64,000 nt of DNA from the human T2T-CHM13v2.0 reference genome, Homo sapiens, in assembly GCF_009914755.1 (NCBI RefSeq), contig NC_060936.1, one strand, 5' to 3'. Shown in pieces: positions 56,961 to 64,000 of the stretch. The translations under genes were made by a program, and so were the position numbers. How positions within the stretch are numbered: position 1 is the first letter of the stretch; every line of letters begins with the position of its first letter. The notes under the pieces are model-generated. The model was not told the DNA's origin, searched no databases, and was given only the letters and a program-made list of their open reading frames with translations.

Positions 56961-57339
56961 TAGCTACAAAGAAATTGAAGTTTCACTATTTTATGAATAT
57001 ATGTATATCAATACCTTTTATAATAATTCTCTCAAGACCCTAATTATTTTACTATACAATAGCAGCTATTTAAAAATATTTCTCAATGTAACATGTATGT
57101 ACACATATATATGTGTACGTATATTTGTGTGTGATTGTATGTGTGCAAGTTAAACACATGTGGAGGGAAGGAGAGTAAGAGTGAACTTGTACCGAACATA
57201 TGTTTCATGAGTTAATGAATAACATTAGTTTGAGGAAAAAGCTGTTTCTAAATATTTCATGGAAACCAACATAAATAGGAAAATTTCTCCGCATTGGAAT
57301 AAAAATGTCATCTATTCACCATGTCTGCATGGATTACTG

Positions 57340-58260
57340 CAACTCTGCCTTTATCTATCATGATCCATAACCTATCTCCAAAAAGAGTGTAAAGCTGACG
57401 TCGGATTGAGTCACTTCTCTGCTTAAATCTCTTCAGTGTCTTCAGTTGCTTTAGATCAAAGTCAAAACCCAGTATCATGGTTAACAATGCCTACCGTAAT
57501 CTGGCATTTGCTAACCTCTCCAGCCTTTCTTGCTGGATGCTCCAGTCCAGTGGCTGAATGTTGTTCCATTCCTGGATGCCCTATACCCTTTGTTTGATCT
57601 TTTAAGTTTTCCTATCTCTTACCTTTGCCAAGAAAAAATCTTCTCTCGCTCTTTCTAATGGTCTTCCTTTCCTTTGGTTCTAACTTAAAAGTCACTTATT
57701 TCTGACACTTTGCTGACATTGACTTAGTTGGTCTGCTCAGTGCTTTCTTAGTACCTTCTTTTTCCTGGGTTACAACAATTGTCATACTTTATTATGATTG
57801 TTACTGTAAGTATGTCTCCTCACTACACTGGCATCCTCCATGAACATAGGGATAATGTCTATTTTGTTCACAGCATGTGAAACATAGAATAAATGCAATA
57901 TTTATAGAATTCATTCATTCATTCAAGAAGTATATATTCATTGATGCTAGGCAGTGTTCTAGGTACTTGGAATATAGCAGTGAACAATACAGACAAAATT
58001 ATCTGGTCCCATGGGTTTATATTCTAAAGAAATAAGGGGAATCATAGTTTGTTAGAAATGATAAATGCTAAATCAAAAAAACAAAAAGGGAGGGGCAGGT
58101 AAGAAATTGCTGTGGTGAAAGGGGGTTATACTTATAATTGAGATGGATTAAGAAGGGCCTTATTGAAAAGGTGACTTGAAGGAGCTGCAATAGAGTCAAG
58201 GGGATATGGGGCAGAAGAGCCCTGCAGGCAGAGATACAGAGGTAAGGCCCTGAGGCAGGA
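57340..58260. mobile_element. Two tail-to-tail L2 fragments
   Basis: A + copy (cacttctctgcttaaatctcttcagtg...ctccatgaacataggga..) meets a - copy starting tcattcattcattcaa..ctaggcagtgttctaggtacttgg near 57910. Confidence 0.55.
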
Positions 58261-58344
58261 TTGTCCCTATTGTGTGAAAGGGAAAATGTTAAGAGATCAG
58301 ACAGGTAATGGGAACCAGATCACTAAGATACTTGCCAGCTATTC

Positions 58345-59040
58345 AATTATCCTATTTCTTCTTAAAGTTTCATCTGCTAATTTTAGTATTTATTCATGGC
58401 TCTTGCCTACACTAATAATTACTATAGTGTGTTCTAATGGTGATTTTCCATTTCCTTTATTTTTTCTATATTATTTGAAATTCTCCTGTAAAGAAGATTT
58501 TCCTTTTCTCCCATTTATTTATTTGTCCATTCAACCATTTATTTATACCCATGTGTCCTCATAGATATTTGTTTTTATTATTTGGGTTATAATTCAATGC
58601 CCTAATTATTTATTGCATTTGTCAAATTGTTTCAGATTTTGCTATTGGGAAATTCTTTCTGATTGGCTCCTGCCTCCTTTTGATACACTCTGGTCTTGTT
58701 TTTATTGAGCCCTTCCTTACTCTCAGGCACTGCAAGATGCTCCAGGATCATCTTGTATGTTCCCCGCCCCAGTCATGTATATTAACCTATGTATACACAC
58801 ATATCTATATCCAATTATGTCTGTCTGTTTGTATGTCTGTCTGTATATAAATACATACATTCAGGTAATATCTGTGATTCTAGTCCAGCACCACAGAGTT
58901 TAATTCTAGTTTTCTGTCTTGCTTATTTATGACTTCTTTCTCTTACAGCAAGAAACCTAGCTCCCATTATCTATAATTTATTGACTCATTTGTTCAACCT
59001 AGTATGCAGGCAAAGTAGTTTAAGGATTGTTGATCTGTAC
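58345..59040 (-). mobile_element. Old L1 (L1MD/L1MC4-like) 3'UTR fragment
   Basis: ttctaatggtgattttccatttcc, ttggctcctgcctccttttgatac, ggcactgcaagatgctccaggatcatcttgta. Confidence 0.6.
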
Positions 59041-59599
59041 CCAGGATCTTGGCTTTAATGTAAGAAGAAGGATTATTTCTGTTTTATGATCATCTTTAGA
59101 ATTATTCTCTGGTACATGCTGGACATTAGTCTATTGTTGATAATACTAATAAATAATGGAATCAGTCAATACAACTCACATTTTATCATGTTGTGCAATA
59201 GTTAGATATCAGGAAGCTCTGACTGGTGTCCTTCATGTCAGTTTAATAGCAAAGAATGTAAGCCTTGAGTCAAAGAAATGGCTTGAAAATGTTGCCATGT
59301 AAACGTAAGAAATGAGTATCTTACAGCATACATGTTGGTACTCGAGTGGAGACATCTCTGCCTAATTTCATATCACTAGAGTGGCTGAACCATAGATGTA
59401 TTGACTGTTGTGCTAATTTACCTTATGATTAAGTGTTTGTCACTGCTCCATTATTTTGCATGCATTGATACAGATTCTTTTCAGATATTTTGCAAAATGA
59501 AGAAAACCTGAAGTTAAGGTAGTTAATTTAAGACATTTAAATTAAGACAGTTTAAACAATTAACTTTTAATAGTAATTCTCTCTCTGTCTCTCTTCCTC

Positions 59600-59889
59600 T
59601 TTGACACATAGTTTCGCTCTGTTGCCCAGTCCGGGCTGGAATGCAGTAGCACAATTACAGCTCACTGCAGCCTTGAACCCCTGGGCTCGAGACATCCTTT
59701 CACCTCAGTCTCCTGAGTAGCTGGGACTACAGGCACACACCACCATGCACAGCTACTGTTTAAATTGTTTGAAGAGATGGGGTCTCCCTGTATTGCTCAG
59801 GCTGGTCTTGAATTCCTGGGCTCAAGTGATCCTCATATCTCAAACTCCCAAAGTGCAGGGATTACAGGTGTGAGCCACAGTGCCCAACC
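59600..59889 (-). mobile_element. AluJ
   Basis: Diverged dimeric Alu with J-type acagctcactgcagccttgaacccctgggctc and cctgggctcaagtgatcc. Confidence 0.85.
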
Positions 59890-62800
59890 CCATTTCGTCT
59901 TTTTAAGGTAAATGAGTTCTGCACATTTTAAGAGATGTGAAAGATAACAAAGCAGTTAGTATTCCATACCTGAACTGCTCAGTTGAAATTTAGGTGTGCT
60001 AACATGAACTCTACCAGTTCAAAAGCAAGAAGAGCTGAGCTGTTTGTAAATTAGTCTGTATCTTTTCAGTGCTGTCTAAAGCTACATAAATATTGTCCTT
60101 TGAAAAGTGTTTCAAACGATGTAAAACTTGATATTTTACCTGGTTATGCAATAGATTAGCTCATAAAATAGAAAATAGTATTTGAAAATAATGACATATT
60201 ATAATTTAATGACATGTCAAGTGAATCATTTCATCAAAATAATAAAGAGAAAGGTAAAAAAATCCTTCTGAAAATCAGTTATGAACACAGTAGAATGCTT
60301 TAGGGTACTGTGCTGAACAAATAGAAGTAATACAGAAGCGATTCAACAGGAGTGAAATGGCTTGGTAAATACTATTCACTAGCTGGTTCAAATGACAGTT
60401 ATCGTTCATTGTTTGTCATTGTAAACTGAAAGAAAGCAGGAACAAGATAAAATAGCTGACCTCAGTTTATTTTAATTAACATTTTTGTATGGTTCATTTT
60501 TGTCCAAGACATACATGTGCATTTTCAGTGCACAAATGCAACAACAATTTTAAAATGCTTAATATGTAGAATCTGTATCACCAGAGACTTAACTAAACAG
60601 ACATAAATAAGCTGAAATTTTTCCTACAATCAAAGAGAGCATTTTAGTGTATGAGTTATGTTGCCTGTAAGCCTAGGTTTGCTTGTTCTTTCTCCCTTGC
60701 CACAAACAGGACTTACAGAAGTCTCACCTTCCTCTTTCCTCAGTAGCTCCTATTTTCCTCCAGGGACCCATACTCACATTCTTCCTTCCTCCCTCCCTTT
60801 CTCCACCCCCTCTCTCTCTTCCTTTCCTCCATTTTATCAAATCTTGCCTTTCTTTTAGACTTTGGCTTTTTCTGCCACTGACTTGTCATCATTCCTTCTG
60901 TATTTACTTAACACTAATAATTCCATTAAAACTCATTATCCTATTTCTCCCTTTGCCTTCCTCTCCTCTTTTTCAGAGTTATTGCAGGGTAAAGAGAACA
61001 GTCTGATCATAAAGTGTGTTAACACAGTTACTTCTGTCACTTAATGTTTGTCACTGTGTCCTCTCTTCTCTTGTGCGAAGGGTACACACAGGCACACTGG
61101 TTCTTTACACACACAAACAAGTGTGATTGTTTTGTCTATGCCAGTCAAGTCAATCACAGGGTGAGCCCTTCTTTTTTCCTTCTGACTTGACTGATTGAGT
61201 CAGTCAAAGCATCAAACTGGTTTATGTGACTAGACAGCATCACTCTGTGTCTTGTTTGTTATGACATGCCATGGTTCCCTGACTTTTTTGTAAATTTTAA
61301 GTTACGACATTTTCTTTGAAATCTGCTGCTACTGTTTCTGGAGAAACATATCTGTGAAGTCTCCAGCTTTTCAACTCCCTCGTTGGAAGTCATCACTCTC
61401 TTGAATGCTTCCCCTACACTTTGATCATACCCCCATTACTTCATGCATTTTACTTAGCTGAACATGCAAATGTTCCCTCTTCTAGATTATACGTTCTTCA
61501 AAGAGTAATTTTTTGTATCTTCAGTATTTTCTAAATTTTCTTTTATTTAATGGGTGTCCAGGTACATATTCTATAAATCAGTGAATGATTGCACTGTAAT
61601 TTTTAAAAGTAAAATTTTGAGTTAATTCTAAGCAAAGAGATTATAAATCTCATGATGGCAAAAAATATGAAACCTGATTTCAAAGGAAAATCACTACTAC
61701 ACTGTTAGTTCTTCTACTATATCAATATTATACTTAACAAAAATTGGGAAATAGTTCATCTTTGTCTATTCTCCTCCCTAACTTTATAGATTCATAGGGA
61801 AAAAATGGAAGAATTCTTGTGCTAATTTATGGAAAGGTTTTTTTAAACATTAAATTAAAGGCAATATATGTTTTCCATAGGCAAGTATGCTTTGAAGCTT
61901 TTACTTAGATTTAAGTTTATGTAACTTTTAATTGGTAACATGTGCTCTGGGGATGTCTATGTGTATGAATGTATACACAGTATACCTACAGAAGTAGATA
62001 TAAAAATGATTCGAATCCCCCTTATCTGTTTATAGGTTTCCACTTTACAGCTTCTAAAATTTACTAAATTCATCTAAGTACTATACCTTTCTGACAAATA
62101 AAAACCATCTACAAAATAATGTATTTATGCATCTGTCTCTCAATATCACATCTACACATTTACAGGCAGAGGAAAGAAGAGAACAAGAAAAAAGAAGAGA
62201 ATAAGGGGAGAGAAATATGTATGTGAGTAAATTCATTTCTAGAGTAGCATGTTTGTGTTTGTGCCTCTGGCAGTGGATCCATGAACACTGGAATATATGA
62301 GTAACCGCATCTATATCTTTATAACTCATTCTCTATGTATTCATATCATCTGTTGATTAAAAAATATTTTTACTTATATATGTTCTAATTTTACAAATTA
62401 TCATTTTTAAAATGTTACCAAAAATAACACCTATTTAAAATTAGAATGCTAGTAATAATGATACAAATTACATAGATAATACAAGGTTTGAATTTTAGAG
62501 TTACAAATGTGGGTGTACTAACCAAAATGTAAATATGAGGAACTTTTTTCATTGCTAGTGCATTATAAAAGTTATTATTCATGGCTGTCTAAAACAGAGA
62601 ATGAGGTATCAAATTGGGATGAGTATTTGATTATTTGACCAACCTAAGTTTTTATTCTTAGAACAGATTGGTCAATTTGCTTCCATAACTTAAACTGCCT
62701 AATTTTTTTAAATTTTCTTGCATAAAACATTTATTTAGTGTAATTATGTTTTTTAGTAACCTGGTTTTATATGTGAAAACAATAACCTTAAACCTGATTT

Positions 62801-64000
62801 GAAAAGCATAAAGAAACAAACATTTTTCCCAAACAAGATATCTGAAAGTTCAAAATAATTCAGATTTTTAAGAAAACTGGCTTGTTCAAGGGGTGATCTT
62901 CATGTCTCCTTTTAATTTTTAATTCTTATTAAGCTTTTTTCTTTTGTTAGTAGCTCTAAGCTATACTTGCTTATAAAGAACATCACCTAAAACTTTAGTG
63001 TCATCTGGCTAGATTTTAAAAAGTTGTGATTCCTAAATATATATAATCAAACAGCAAAATATTTGTTTCTGTGCTATGGTCAGTTGATTTATTGACCATA
63101 TAAATATGGACATTTCAGTTTCAATAAATTAACTAGAAACTGTCAACATTGAGTATAGCATGTGGAAAGCTTTTGTTGTAAAGCACATAGAAGAAAGAAT
63201 GTCTATTTAAACTGAAATATTTAGCCATTAGCCTGAAACATATTCATTGCCATAATTTTTATTCTGATAGCTTTTAAAATGCGAAATAGTAGATAGCATA
63301 AAAGTAAATCATCTTATATTTGTTTTCTGGGATTTTTTTAAGGCCAGAGAAGGCAATCTTAGTCTTAGGTTCATATTGGTGAATAACTTTTTAGCCATTT
63401 TTTTAAAAAACAAAAACCATTTCTAAAAACTTCAGGCAAATAAGTAACTCTTTGATAATAATTGGCCAATAAATTGGGTTAATTAACAGTTTTTTAAATT
63501 GAATTTGATAGTCTTCAAGCTTGTTTGTCAAAATAAAGATGGATTTAATTATAAGAAATTGTCCACAGACTGTGTCCTGTAATATTTATGAACTAACCAT
63601 ATATCAGCTTTTCTGAGTCTAATTTTCTCAGTCTAATTGTTGACTGTACACTCATTGTTTCTTCTGCGCCATTTACATATATAAATAGACACACTTACAG
63701 GGGCAGAAGAGAAAATATTAAATTTTTATTTCAACTTTTTAGTATTACTGGTGTGAAAAGGACACCGAAGAAAAGAATGAAACTGCATTCATTAAAAATG
63801 GGGATTAGGAATTTAAAAAATTATCTTCTTTAAAAATTAATCAGATAATGCACACTGTTCAAATTTAGCATTAAGGCCATGATGAACACATAGACATATG
63901 CAGTTTTTATTTGCATGAATGCTGTACGTGTAGCATTCTAATGCTTAATCACTCTGCTTCTCAGAAGTGACTTCTCTTACTACCTTGTGGTTTCCATTGA

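Overview
Primate (human or very close ape) genomic DNA carrying the complete four-exon ALX1 (CART1) paired-class Q50 homeobox gene on the + strand. CDS: 10608-10833, 13918-14222, 17199-17327, 31500-31820 (981 nt, 326 aa), with a TATA/GC-box CpG-island promoter and a poly(A) signal near 32111. Downstream lies a full-length ~6.04 kb L1PA2-like LINE-1 on the - strand (42771-48812), nested in an older L1MC-like element. Its ORF1 is intact but carries R159H, and its ORF2 is broken only by two in-frame stops. The rest is AT-rich DNA with Alu/FLAM, MLT1 LTR, MIR, L2, CR1 and MER53 remnants. Most notable: the L1 antisense promoter/ORF0 points away from ALX1. One G>T change both truncates unspliced ORF0 and moves its first splice donor closer to consensus, and two well-formed micro-exons (22 and 36 nt) lie just downstream in frame, suggesting a spliced ORF0-fusion or lncRNA unit. 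Other leads: a candidate upstream ALX1 exon, a weak-acceptor frame-preserving exon 3, and a repeat-flanked AT palindrome in intron 3. Repeat subfamily names and consensus comparisons are from memory and need RepeatMasker/Dfam confirmation.
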